Positions 26,691 to 39,091 are shown, numbered from the whole stretch's first letter. The stretch: 63,415 nucleotides of DNA, filler included, from Octopus bimaculoides (GCF_001194135.2; 4 parts of 4 records of this genome joined end to end with filler, not necessarily neighbours in it); one strand, 5' to 3'. A program made the numbers and translations. Notes: generated from the letters alone by a model not told the origin.

Positions 26691-27900
26691 TTCGTGATCG
26701 GGTTACATAATTTAAAACTGCGCAAGGCAAGTCTACAAAATGCTAGATTAAGTATTCAAATGCATAGAATGGAATTAATGCGTTTGCATATCTAAAAAGA
26801 CGATGGTACCTATTTCCTTTTGAGAGTTTTGTGCGTACATTTATTTATATAGGTAAAGTATATATATTTGTTTGCACAAAAATCCGTATCTGTGCTTGTA
26901 GTATTTCAAGTTTCCCACTGTGGTTTTGTTCATGTTTTGTTCTTTTGTGCATATGTGTCCATATAAATTTCTTCTAATGCATGTTAACCTCATATTCAGT
27001 GTTGTTGTTCTTCATATGGTAAATCTCTGACATTCTATCTCAACGTGTGAGATATCTGGACGAAGGGACCAAAATTGCATCTTCGTTGTTTGTTTGTTTG
27101 TTTGTTTATAGAATCAATCAGTCTATTTAGAATCTAAATAGTAGACAGTGAGATTTAAATAATTTTAAATGTATATCAAGATATACCGCTTGTAATTCAC
27201 ATACATAATAACCACAATAATTGTAAGAATTCGCAAATATGCACANNNNNNNNNNNNNNNNNNNNNNNNNNNNNNNNNNNNNNNNNNNNNNNNNNNNNNN
27301 NNNNNNNNNNNNNNNNNNNNNNNNNNNNNNNNNNNNNNNNNNNNNNNNNNNNNNNNNNNNNNNNNNNNNNNNNNNNNNNNNNNNNNNNNNNNNNNNNNNN
27401 NNNNTATATATATATATATATGCATACATATGAGCAATAATATTGTGAAAAGAGAAAAAAGACGATCATTAAAAAATATGAAGCACTGTTGTATGGAAAT
27501 GCAACATCGGCACCACCGAATAAATTGAAATACTTTTTGCTAACGTTCTGTGTAAAAAACATTCATAGCCAGTCACACAGTACAGTTATTTATATCGAAT
27601 AAGCGCTAGTTCATGAAATTTCAGGTAATCTTTGAGTTACACTGCATGGGAAATGAATGTCTGAAGACATGATTTTTTTCCTGTGACGTTAGTAAAAAAT
27701 GTCTTTGCTATATTTTGACCGCTACTACCTCATACTATGGTATTCATGATAATTGTATAAGATATTCTCTGTTGGCAGGTTTGCTTCTGCATTAAGCGTA
27801 ATCAGAATTTAAACTAATTGTGATATGCCATATTTATTCCAATTACGGATGTAGAAACCCACACGCAGCCATACACACTTACACGCACACACACACACAT

Positions 27901-27936
<36 letters not shown>

Positions 27937-27954
27937 GTGTGTGTGTGTGCGCGC

Positions 27955-27985
<31 letters not shown>

Positions 27986-28452
27986 TGTAATTTTTGTTTA
28001 TCCCTCTAATGGCCAATATTTTGTTTGTATGTTTTCTATTTTTAGCCTATATGTTAAATAATATATTTATATTGAGCAGGTATCGGAAACAATTTTATCC
28101 GATGTTACAGTGTCATTTCACACCTTGTGATTCATATTAAATATGACGTTAAATTAAATGCAACAATCCATGAATATTCATACCAAATGTTTCTATTTCT
28201 TCTGAATGAACAAAACAAGTATTGAAAAACAAATGATATTCCGAACATTACACAGCAGAAAATTTACATCGCACGTCGGCAAAAGATTAGTCACGATTTG
28301 GGGAGGTGAAGTATAAATAGTTAATTCGAAGAGAGTATATTTCGAAAGTTTTTTCTCTTCTATTTTTTTAATTGCTGCTGCATTCGTCTGACACACACAT
28401 ATACACTGCAATATACTGGTCTAGGGAGTGTAAGAGGAATTTCATCTCGACT

Positions 28453-28488
<36 letters not shown>

Positions 28489-28588
28489 NNNNNNNNNNNN
28501 NNNNNNNNNNNNNNNNNNNNNNNNNNNNNNNNTTAATTAATTAANNNNNNNNNNNNNNNNNNNNNNNNNNNNNNNNNNNNNNNNNNNN
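28489..28588. other. Artificial contig/scaffold join: 44N + TTAATTAATTAA + 44N
   Basis: Exact 100-bp construct; the 12-mer gives stop codons in all six frames. It recurs identically at 58929 and 61887. Confidence 0.95.
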
Positions 28589-28991
28589 ATATATATATAT
28601 ATATATACACACATATATATTTATATATATATATATGTGTGTGTGCCTCCATACGTACGTTTACACAATGACATACACGAACGTAAGCACACACACGCAC
28701 AGAACTGTGAGCATGTAGATACGTTTATGGAAATATATGTCAGTATTGTCTTAGAATCTAACTCACACACACACACACGCGCGCGCGCGCACGCGTATAT
28801 ATACACGCACACACACACATGTGTATGCATATGTGTGTATGTGGATGTGTCTATCAGTCTGTCTTCACACACACACACACACACACACACATACTGGCAC
28901 TCACATAGACATCCAACTATGTACACGCACATGCATGTTTGTGCGTGTGTGTTTCTGTGCCTATCTGACTGTCTGTCTGTCTGCCTGCCTA

Positions 28992-29022
<31 letters not shown>

Positions 29023-29933
29023 CCCTCGGTCTACCTGTCTGTCTTCCTCCCTCTCTCTCTATCTCTCTTTTCCATGGCCTCTTTCCCTAAATCGTTTGAC
29101 TCATTTCCTCTCATACCACACATAATCCCTCGCCAACCCCTTTCCCCCATACACTCTCTCTCTCTCTCTCTCTCTCATTCTCTCTCCGTCCCTCTCACTC
29201 TCGCTTTCAGTCATTCCCTGTCTCTTTCCCTCTGCCCTTCCGTTCCCCTCTCTCTTTTCCTCTCACCCCTCTCTCTCTCCCTTCGCCTCCTCCAGACACG
29301 ACGTCACCATTGCATTCCTTTTGTTACAGGAAATGCACCGACACACGTGCACATATATATATATATGAACATACATCCATGCCTATAGATATTTGCTTCT
29401 ACATAACATTACACAAATAGAATCACGTATATTCGTCGATGGATACAATCAAATAAATACACACCTATGCATATATACACGCATACATTTTATATACGCA
29501 TACACACACATACATACATACATACCTTACATACATACATTTATACATACCTTACATATACATTTATACACACCTTGCATAGGTGTAATTCGTTCTACAT
29601 ACATGTACGCAAGGCATAGAAAACTTTTGCGTTGCTTCTCACACCCAACAATCATATAATGTAATATAACACAATATAACGATATAATACGACGAAATGC
29701 AACATAATATAATATAAATATAATATAATACAATGTCTATAAGTATATGGATATGTTTATATATATATACATACATATATATATGTATATATATATATAT
29801 ATATATACACTTATATTTACATACGTATGCATGAATGAAATTCTGTCTGTCTGTATCTCTCTACCTCTCTCTCTTTCTCTCTCTCTCAGTACGCGTACAT
29901 TTGTGTATATCTATCTATCTATCTATACATACA

Positions 29934-29967
<34 letters not shown>

Positions 29968-30055
29968 AATGCACACATACATAAATACATACATAATACA
30001 TTACATACATACATATACATAAACATATACATACACGCAAACACGTGTGCGCGCG

Positions 30056-30208
30056 AATAAAAGATGCATTAAATGCTCCAGAACGTACACGTAAGACAGA
30101 CATCAGGACCCTAATTCTTGATCAGTTATCGATAACTGATAAAGAGTTAGGGTCCTTCTGTGTCTGTCCTACCTGTACGTTTTGTAGTATTTCATGCATT
30201 TTTCATTT
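30056..30208. repeat. ~150-bp zero-spacer palindrome (hairpin MITE-like)
   Basis: Centre atc|gat at 30130/30131. The inner 26-bp arms differ at 2 positions. The outer arms (atgcattaaatgctccagaacgtacacgtaagacagaca / tgtgtctgtcctacctgtacgttttgtagtatttcatgcat) are still clearly complementary. Confidence 0.85.
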
Positions 30209-30258
30209 ATGGAATAACTGGACGCCATGCATCCCGATTTTTGTTCATATATATATAT

Positions 30259-30550
30259 GGAGGCGCAATGGCCCAGTGGTTAGGGCAGCGGACTCGCGGC
30301 CGTAGGATCGCGGTTTCGATTCCCAGACCGGGCGCTGTGCGTGTTTATCGAGCGAAAACACCTAAAGCTCCACAAGGCTCCGGCAGGGGGTGCTGCAGTC
30401 CACTCAGTTGTAAACGAATAATTCTGTGAAGGCCTGGCGTTCCCTTTAACGTGGAGAGGGGAATGTTGTGACCTCAGTAGCTCATATGCCAAAGAAAACC
30501 AGATAGCCAGCTCTCTGAGTCGTAGGACCCGAGGCCGTAATGTCCAGCTG
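30259..30550 (+). mobile_element. tRNA-derived SINE (tRNA-Arg-like head), full length with (GTT/GAT)n tail
   Basis: Head GGAGGCGCAATGGCCCAGTGGTTAGGGCAGCGGACTCGCGG..GGTTTCGATTCC has A and B boxes and TCG at the anticodon position. There is no complete acceptor stem, and a non-tRNA body follows. Confidence 0.8.
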
Positions 30551-31004
30551 TTGTTGTTGATGATGATGATGATGATGATGACGACGATGACGATGACAAC
30601 GACGACGACGACGATGATGATGATTATTATTACAATGTTGATGATGATGACGATGACTACCATGATGATGATGATCATATATATATTCTATCTCACCAGG
30701 TGGCTGAAGAGTCCTTATTGAGACATCGGATGTTGAATTCTTCCATAGTCCTGATGTGTCATCTCTTTGTTATCCATATCTCGCCCGGCCGGTCCCAGGG
30801 ACGCTGGGCGACGCAATTAAAGCGAATTTCGGCGTCTTTACAAGTGTGTTTTTTTTCAAAATTACCTTTTCACAATGTGTAATATATTTAAATGTTGTGT
30901 GTGTGTGGGTGGGGGGGGGCGACTTTTGTTCCACTCGGGTACTGAAGAGTTTTAGGAAGTATGGACCTACTCCTTAGTTATCGTTATTCTGAAGGTCATA
31001 CACC

Positions 31005-31094
<90 letters not shown>

Positions 31095-31163
31095 TGTGCA
31101 ATGTATATATAAATATGAGTTGCTACTATATATATATAGATATACATACACACATACACACAC

Positions 31164-31196
<33 letters not shown>

Positions 31197-31287
31197 CATG
31201 TATGTATGTATGTATGCATGTATGTATGTATGTACTTATGTATGTATGTATGCGTGTATGTATGCATGAATGTATGTATGTATGTAT

Positions 31288-31381
31288 GGGGAGAATTCAC
31301 AAAAACAACAGACGAAGACAGGTAGTGTAGAAAATAAATACATGTATTAGTATAACGCTCGGGAATAGAGAAAGTCTTTAA
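31288..31381 (-). mobile_element. Family D repeat, truncated copy
   Basis: cagacgaagacagg..gtattagtataacgctcgggaatagagaaagt is shared with 21708-21845. Confidence 0.7.
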
Positions 31382-31782
31382 TGTATGTATGCATGTATGT
31401 AAGTATGCGTGCATATATAAACACAAGGATATACGTTTTTGCCAATACATCAAGGTTTACGCCGAGCAAAGTAACGAGTTGCGATACAAAAGATTTTGTA
31501 AAAAAAATGGAAAATATTTCTATCGGTGTTCAATGTTGTGAAAGAGCGTAGGATACAAACTTCCCGTTCTTCTACAGACGGCCAGGATTTGGTTAGCATC
31601 CGGTACAGTCATCGAATTATATTTCGACGATGCAATTCTCCAGACAGATTTGTTCTCGTGATTGCATTAGCACGTTATTTCCACTCTCTTGTTTTTAAGT
31701 TTCGCTTTACTGGGATATTACATGACGTTTCCCCACCATGCAAGTTAACAGCCTTGCTTCCTTTACGTGCAGTAGGGGTTTT

Positions 31783-31829
31783 TCAATATCGAAATACCTC
31801 AAAGTCGGCCTCATAGATTCTTAACACAT
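31783..31829 (-). CDS. Candidate terminal coding exon resembling the C-terminus of Sulfotransfer_2 (CHST8-14-like) carbohydrate sulfotransferases
   Basis: Acceptor ctttttttcag| is followed by (x)VLRIYEADFEVFRY*, fitting the family C-terminal LxxxYxxDFxxFxY-stop. It is only 14 codons and no upstream exon was found. Confidence 0.3.
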
Positions 31830-32281
31830 CTGAAAAAAAGCTATAATATATATCTTTTCGTTAATAAGGACTTACGGTTGGAAAAACAACATTTCAACTT
31901 TAAACTAAAACGCCATTTGGGGGTCATCTAGACGCAATACGGAAGTTGAAGTAACGGACACAAATTAATCGTATTCAACTCTAATAATGTGTGTGTGGGG
32001 GGGGGAGTAGTATTATGAAGTTAAACGTAGAAAAGGTCATATGTATACCATAGGGACACGAGAGTATAAGGGGTACTCGTCATATTATATCTAATTACAT
32101 AAGTTGGGTAATCTTTAATTTGTTGTTACTCGGTTTGCAAACATGCATGTATATATACATATATGGATGTGTATGTGTGTTCATGTATGTTCATATGTGT
32201 TTACTATTTATATATATATATATATATCCACACATATATGTGTGTGTTTTATAAATTAGAACAAACAGTAGAAGGTTGTCG

Positions 32282-32346
32282 TTATAGTACTCGGAGTTTC
32301 GAATGCCGGAGCGAAGAGCTACGATGCATTCTCGTCGACTATTAAT
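32282..32346 (-). ncRNA. Hammerhead-like motif, left arm (core variant UCGACGA)
   Basis: atag-TCGACGA-GAATGC[19 nt]GCATTC-GAAA-CTC c GAG-TA-ctat. Confidence 0.45.
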
Positions 32347-32888
32347 GGCAACAGATGCAACGAAACCGTTGAATATAAGGGAAGTAACTCTAATAGGTGG
32401 GAAAAGAAAGCAAAGATTAAAAGTATATAAAATATATACATAAAAATATATACGCAACCATATCCTCACAATATATAGACATAAACTTCCTGCGTTCACA
32501 ACATCTACATACGTTCACACTCACACAAACATGTATACGTACATGCGCACACACATACACACACACAAACATATAAGCATGTACGTACCCATGCATACAC
32601 ACATATCCACACACGCACACGCACACATGTATATATATATATGTATACATATACGCTACCTCATCCTCATATACACATAGGTGCTTACATGCGTACATGC
32701 AACATACCACATATATATTCAGGCATCTATACGCATAAATACACGTATATACTTTTACTTTCATTCTTTTACTTGTTTCAGTCATTTGACTGCGGCCATG
32801 CTGGAGCACCGCCTTTATATTTTTTTCTTTTTCCACCTATTAGAGTAACTTCCCTTTTCTTCAACGGTTTTTCGTAGCGTCTTTTGCT

Positions 32889-32954
32889 ATTAATAGCCGA
32901 CGAGAAGGTATCATAGCTCTTCGCTCCGACATTCGAAACTCCGAGTACTATAAT
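32889..32954 (+). ncRNA. Hammerhead-like motif, right arm (core variant CCGACGA)
   Basis: attaatag-CCGACGA-GAAGG..CATTC-GAAA-CTC c GAG-TA-ctataat; GUA cleavage triplet. Confidence 0.45.
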
Positions 32955-33061
32955 GATAACCTTTTTACTGTTTGTTCCAATTTATAACATATATAAATAA
33001 TCCTCTATTTCTCTAATATCGAGGTCTCATTTTGTTGTTACATTTTATTTATTTATTTATT

Positions 33062-33135
<74 letters not shown>

Positions 33136-33168
33136 CACACACATACATACGTACATATATATATATAT

Positions 33169-33210
<42 letters not shown>

Positions 33211-33534
33211 GTATGTATGTATGTATTTGTATGCACATACACAAACACACACATATATATATATGTACATATGTGTGTGTGTGCGTGTGTGTGTGTGTGT
33301 GTTTATAGTTTATAGGTTAGAGACAGGTGTTCTCTATATAGCAATCACTTCGAAGTGCTCAAGGGATTTGAATTTGAACAGGTAGATGAGTACATGCGAT
33401 GACAAATGAATTAAGCAAGTCGATTTACACAGAATATTAAGTATATTTAATACAAAAAGAATGTACATGTGTATGGATGTAAAATAGACTCACAGAATAT
33501 AAATAATATCAGGAGTTAAATGTGTAGAGTTTTA

Positions 33535-33632
33535 CGAATCCAACAGCTGTTTCTGGGGCTTGGTGGTCCGGAATAATGATAGTTACTTGGATCCATTATC
33601 GGATAACACCGCCCCTGTCTTCAGGGGAGAAT
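33535..33632 (-). ncRNA. Degenerate hammerhead-like motif with long stem II
   Basis: CTGAAGA-ca-GGGGC GGTG..TCCG ATAAT g GAT [loop] ATC ATTAT..CGGA..CACC aa GCCCC-a-GAAA-CAGCTG-TT. Stem III is the loopless palindrome ACAGCUGU; stem I is weak. Confidence 0.4.
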
Positions 33633-33651
33633 TTTACATTTGAGGTGTTGA

Positions 33652-33677
33652 CAGGATGGAGTTTAAACTCCATCCTG
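33652..33677. repeat. Perfect 26-bp palindrome caggatggagttt|aaactccatcctg
   Basis: Directly visible; it lies about 25 nt 5' of the minus-strand hammerhead-like core. Confidence 0.9.
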
Positions 33678-34076
33678 ATTGTGACTCTTATCCAGAGTTG
33701 GAAAAACTTACATTGGTCTTACTGCAAACATCTTTAAATGTAGGTATAATTAACACATATATGTTAACAACATTTTGACAAGCGAAATACAACTCTACTA
33801 TATTAATCTATTGGTTTTAAACGACAGTTTCCTTATATCGTTTAGCTGTTATGTGTTTCAATCATTGGATTCGGGCCATGCTGGCACCATATTGACGGTT
33901 TAACCAAACGAATCGCCTCCAGTCGTTATTTGTAAAGTCTATCGATCTCTAAAGCGGAACAGCTTATCAAGTCACTGAATACTGAGGCGTACAATCACAA
34001 AGACACACAGACACACAGACACGCATACACGCGCACGGCCACACACACACACGCACGTGCGAACGCACGCACGCAA

Positions 34077-34115
34077 ATGATGAGGTCCAATGAGGACGAA
34101 ACATGTTCAATATTG
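34077..34115 (+). ncRNA. 5'-truncated minimal hammerhead motif
   Basis: aTGATGA-g-GTCC aatga GGAC-GAAA-CATG-TT. C3 and the 5' strand of stem I are replaced by a (CA/CG)n microsatellite. Confidence 0.5.
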
Positions 34116-34639
34116 TCTCTCGTACTTATTGATATCCTATGAATAATATTACTTATTTAGCTAATATCGTAATATTGTCTTTTCTTATCTCGTTAGTGTT
34201 TTTAATTAACTATTTAATTATTTAACTATGCCTGCTCAAACTGAACATAATGTTCAACGTTGTGAACGCCATGTTGAACGACAGCATTTCCTTCTTAGTT
34301 AATTAATATTCCAGTGAAACACACACACACATACATACACATATACATACGCACACGCACATACATATACTTATACACGTGCGCACATATACGCACACAT
34401 ATACGCACAGACACACATCTGCGCATACTCGCCTACGCACACACAGACATACGCACTCACGCGTACACACACACACACGCTGACACTCACATACACTGAC
34501 ACACACACACGCACGCTTCCCAGGCCTTCTCTAGCAATTTACAAATGAAGTAATCCCAACTTATTAACAGAGTAATTAATTCTGGAATTAAATAATTTTT
34601 TTTTTCTTTTTTGCTTTTGATTCCTTCTTCCTTATACGG

Positions 34640-34705
34640 AATCGTCATCATCATCATCGTCAACGCCACCACTGCCTCCATCGTCGTCGTCGCTGTTGTC
34701 TTCAG

Positions 34706-34740
<35 letters not shown>

Positions 34741-34791
34741 GCGTCGTCGTCGTCATTGTGATCATCATCATCATCATCATCATCATCATCG

Positions 34792-34835
<44 letters not shown>

Positions 34836-35070
34836 GTCGTCGTGTCATTATCGTCGTGTCATCATCGTCACCGTCGTCGTCATCGTCATCATCATCATCA
34901 TCGTTATCATCATGATCATCATCATCGTCGTCTTCGTCGTCGTCTTCGTCGTCGTCTTCGTCGTCGTCTTCGTCGTCGTCTTCGTCGNNNNNNNNNNTTG
35001 TTATATCCTTCTTGTTGTCGTCGTCTTCGTCGTCGTCGTCTTCGTCGTCGTCGTCATCATCATCGTCATC
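34640..35070. repeat. Complex (ATC/GTC/TTC)n trinucleotide microsatellite
   Basis: Directly visible; it is the source of the poly-M/I/V/H/R pseudo-ORFs. Confidence 0.9.
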
Positions 35071-35442
35071 ATTAAAAACGTCAAACTGGGCAGATCCAGC
35101 TTCTCATACCTACCCTACAATATCATTCTGAAAATAAAATCCACGTCATTGAAATCCCAAATGTTACAATTTAATGTAGGATTAATTCAAAACAACGTGA
35201 ATAAACAAGCATTACATCTGAAAGAATAGTCTGAATGCTAAAGAGTTAATGTAGCTCTAGATACACTAGACCAGAAGATGAGGAAAACATTAAACAATGA
35301 CAAGAGGTGCATTTTTAAATTTCATTGCTCAGCAGTGTCGATCCGTATTTTATTGAGGGCGATCCGCTGAAGAGCACAACCATTCATTGAAAGATGACGA
35401 GAGTATCATAAGAAGATCAGTCCGCCTCGTATCTTTCTTATC

Positions 35443-35491
35443 TCTGCTGATGATGAGGAGATAATCACTCCGAAATGCATGCATGCAACAG
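35443..35491 (+). ncRNA. Degenerate hammerhead-like motif (core disrupted by a TGA duplication)
   Basis: ctg-CTGA(TGA)TGA-GGAG ataatca CTCC-GAAA-TGCATGCATGCA-acag. Confidence 0.3.
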
Positions 35492-35633
35492 TCTCGTTAG
35501 TGGGGCTGCGAAATGATTCAGTGTATTTAGACCTATTTGTATACAGGAAGAAATTTTCTCCATGAGGAGAACACAGAAAGTGGCTTTCTTACGGCTTCGA
35601 ATATGCCTCAAGCATATTTGAACTGGTAACAAG

Positions 35634-35727
<94 letters not shown>

Positions 35728-36292
35728 CGCGCATACGTATGCATATATGTATGTATCTATCTATGTACGTATGTATGTATGTATGTATGTATGTATGTAT
35801 GAATGTATGTACGTATGTATGTATGTGTTGCAGTGGTGCAGTGTCAGTGACCAGGTTGCAGCTGGTATGATGAAAGTTTGCAAACCAAACAATAACTGCT
35901 TACGTAAAATTAAAAGCCTTTATGTGTATTTTAATGGTTTTCCACGTCGTAATTTTGTTTTAGTTTCAACGGCCTCAGATCGCATTGCTTGGTAAGTACA
36001 CATTCGAAATTATTCCCGTTGAGGTTTTTCACAATTTACATAGCAGTGCTTCTGCCGTCTTATTATCACGCATATCTACAGCACAAGTGAGCACTGCCCT
36101 GCACGTCCTGCTTCGGCGATTTTGTATTTCTGTATTACGTGAATTGCTCCGCATAATATATATCCACATTGTCTACCATTTTCTCTAAGTCGTGTAGATG
36201 TGTAAATCCAGAGATTTTGGGCCTTTATGTTCCGCATCAATTTTCTTTAAAGATCATTCCTAATTGATCAAAGTTTCTTAACTTACTGCATA

Positions 36293-36705
36293 ACTGGTAA
36301 GAAGTCTGTTTTCTAACCACATGGTTTCAGGTTCAGTCCTAATGCGTGGCAGGTTGGGCAAGTATCTTTCTGCTATAACATCGGGTCGACCAAAATCTTA
36401 TGATTAGGTATGATTATGTATGTGTGCGTATATGTCTGTCTGTCTGTCTGTCTGTCTGTATGTATGTATGTATGTGTGTGTGTGTATGTGTATATACGCG
36501 CCCGCGCGTCTTTTTGCTCTCGTCTGTTCTTCACCGCTTGACAAACGGTGTTAGTTTATTAACGCCCTTGTAACTTAGCGGTTCAGTAAAATACATCAAT
36601 AGAATAAGTACAAGACTTTAAGAAATAAATGATCAGGTCGATTTGCTCGACTAAAACCTTTCAAGGCCGCATATTTGCCCCAATATGACCGCAAGTCTAA
36701 TCTAG
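36293..36705 (+). mobile_element. SINE family B, full length, diverged, internal microsatellite
   Basis: ggtaagaag..aaccacatggtttcaggttcagtcc..gggcaagt..[microsatellite]..accgcttgaca..gtaacttagcggttc..ggtcgatttgctcgactaa. Confidence 0.75.
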
Positions 36706-37959
36706 CGCCCTCTTTAATATTCCCGTTGAAGCAATATGCCTCCCTGGGTATATTTCCCGTTTCAAATATATCATAGCGTCACTGGTTTCATTAATGAAGC
36801 ATCCACACAATTTTCCACGCAATCTGAGATATTGCAGTTACGATTAAGCAATGATTTGCTGATGAGGTCGAGCAAGAATGAAACATGTACGGAGTTATCA
36901 CCGCAGTTTCAAAAACCCGGCTCTTTCCACACACAGCATTCCATATGTAATTAATTTCAATTAAATAAAATTTCGTAGAAGCTCGTCTGTTTAAGAATTA
37001 ATTGAATACATAAGTAATATTCCATTCCTGACCTTTTCTCTCATTTGTGTGCATTGTCATCTGTTTAGATCGTTAGTTCTAAACTATGTGTAAAAGTCTG
37101 CGTTTCACCTAATTCTTTATATCCGTTTCTTTATCAAACATGGCATTTGGGTTTTTAATTAGTTTTCCTGTCTTCAAGATTGTTTTCTCACAATTTCGTA
37201 AAGTGAATTTAACCTCCATTCCTCAAGTAAATGCATGCAACTGTCTGCAGCAGTGTTTGCCGTCGTGTATCGTCTGCATCTTGAGATTGCTTTGAGATTA
37301 TCCATATACACGTGTTTTAGGGTTCAGTCCCACTGTGCGACGCCTTAGGCATGGGTCTTCCACTGTAGCCCCAGGCCGACCAATAAGTTGTGAGTGAATT
37401 TCGTAATAGATGGAAACTGTGTAGAATCCTTGTCACGTGTGAGCAAGATATCTGACTGATACCAACTGGAATTTCCGAATGTACCACTGTAGACTCGTAG
37501 ACAAGCCGCTTTGTGTGATCAAGATTGTGTAGATAGCAGGGTGAGTAAAGGGCGGTATAAAGTATTCACAACTTTGGTCGGTCGGCTACACACTTCAACA
37601 TTTTGTGAACTGCATGGTTTACCTAGATATAATACATAAACAGGGATCTGGTAACCGGAAGCTGAATGCGTCGTCCTCGGCGCAGAAAGCCTACGGCAAC
37701 CGGATACACGAACTGCCATATTTGACGGCATATAATACGTCCTTTCTTCCCCCACTTATTTTTCAGAAGAATGTCTCAAAAATTACCCCAGGTCCCATAT
37801 ACGAAGTTGCTTTAAATATTACATACTTTAATAATACATTAAAACCGTTTTTTCCCCCCTGAATATTCACCGTTGAATTTGGGGGTGCGTCTAATATGCT
37901 CGTGAGTTTGTTGTGTCTTCAAATATGGTAATTAAAAAGATGATGAAATGCCATTTCCA

Positions 37960-38710
37960 ACGGTGCTATTAGAGATTTTCGGCTCCTTTCCAATAAAATC
38001 GTTGTGTTATGGTAAAGAAGACGCAATTGAAAAGATTAGAGAGGGAGCGGCTGGTCTGCAGATGAGAAAAGACCATGAGAAAAACATTGCCAGCGGTGGA
38101 AATGGTGTTGAAGAATGTCTTCGACGCTGATCAAGAAGGTTGCGTAGTCAGAACTGAGGTGCAACCTGTTAGACACGAACAAAAACCGTTCGATGGTTCG
38201 ACTGATGCAGAAGTGTTGTAATAAGACCAAACTAAGATGTTTGACGGAGTACGATGAGTGAGTGCTGTTTAATTCCAAGTAGATGTATCCAAGTTTGCAA
38301 CAGCGATTCGTCCGCTAGTTTGGAGAAAATGGTGAACCAGAGACGATGGACATCATTACCTACTTCGATGGCCTGCACTGGTTCACAGCAGAAAAGGTAA
38401 CGAGATGCGAATCCGATAACGGCAGCTGAGATGCAGTGAATGAAGAGCAGGTATATGTGATGAGTAAACCCCCTCGGTTTGTGGGGTCTGCCCCCTACGA
38501 GCCTTGTGAATGCACAGCAAAGTTTGTTTTCACTTCTATCTTGGCAAACCTCTATCGCAACTGGCAGCAAACCAGAAACATTCCCAGACGTGTCAGAGGA
38601 GAAGTGGTGGTACTGCTAACGAAATACGCAAACAAGAGAGACAAGGAAACACCAGCGACAAATTCCAGCTCATAATTGCTGAATTCGGGGCTTAAGTTTT
38701 CAATCAAGAT
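37960..38710 (+). mobile_element. Tx1/L1-like LINE ORF2 fragment (linker + start of RT)
   Basis: KNVFDADQEGCVVRTE..LQQRFVR*FGE..YFDGLHWFTAEKVTRCE..SKPPRFVGSAPYE..ILANLYRNWQQTRNIPRRVRGEVVVLLTK..LLNSGLK. This parallels the Tx1 pattern KSPGLDGLPYE..GVVTLLRK..RPITLLN. Confidence 0.75.
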
Positions 38711-38849
38711 GATCGTCAAGGTCAAATTTGCCTTCTATACTTCCTGGTTCCATAAAATAAGGTACCAGTTAAATACTCAGGTCCATTCAAACGACGACTA
38801 TCTCCCCGTCACCACCAAAAAGTATCAGACTTTATTGTTATCAATTTTC

Positions 38850-39052
38850 ACTGTTTTCAGTCGTTAGACTGCGGCCAAGTTGGAGCACCGCCTTGAGGAA
38901 TTTTTAGTCGAATGAATCAACCCCAGGACTTAGCCTTTTTCTTTTGGTTAGTATTTATTTTATCGTTCCTTGGCCGAACTGCTAAGTTACGGGGACGTAA
39001 ACACACCGACACCGAATGTCAAGCGGCGGTGAGGGACAAACACAAAACACAA

Positions 39053-39091
<39 letters not shown>

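Larger units (their letters stand above)
32249..32987. mobile_element. ~740-bp unit with ~160-bp inverted terminal arms, each carrying a hammerhead-like motif
   Basis: 32249-32409 is the reverse complement of 32821-32987 (roughly 85% identity by eye). The spacer is microsatellite plus a family B SINE 3' end (32752-32818). Confidence 0.8.

Noticed and set aside
30259-30335. Possible tRNA-Arg(TCG) gene
   Set aside because: No proper acceptor stem or Pol III terminator, and it continues into a SINE body shared with 44290 and 52425. It is a SINE head.
31830-31875. 46-nt GT-AG intron linking the sulfotransferase-like exon to an upstream frame
   Set aside because: The intron is very short, and the upstream frame (MTPKWRFSLKLKCCFSN) is closed by a stop and has no sulfotransferase similarity.
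37715-37905. Pogo/Tigger-like terminal sequences (catatttgacggcatataatacg; gggggtgcgtctaatatgc)
   Set aside because: The resemblance is from memory and too degenerate to define TIR pairs or a TSD.
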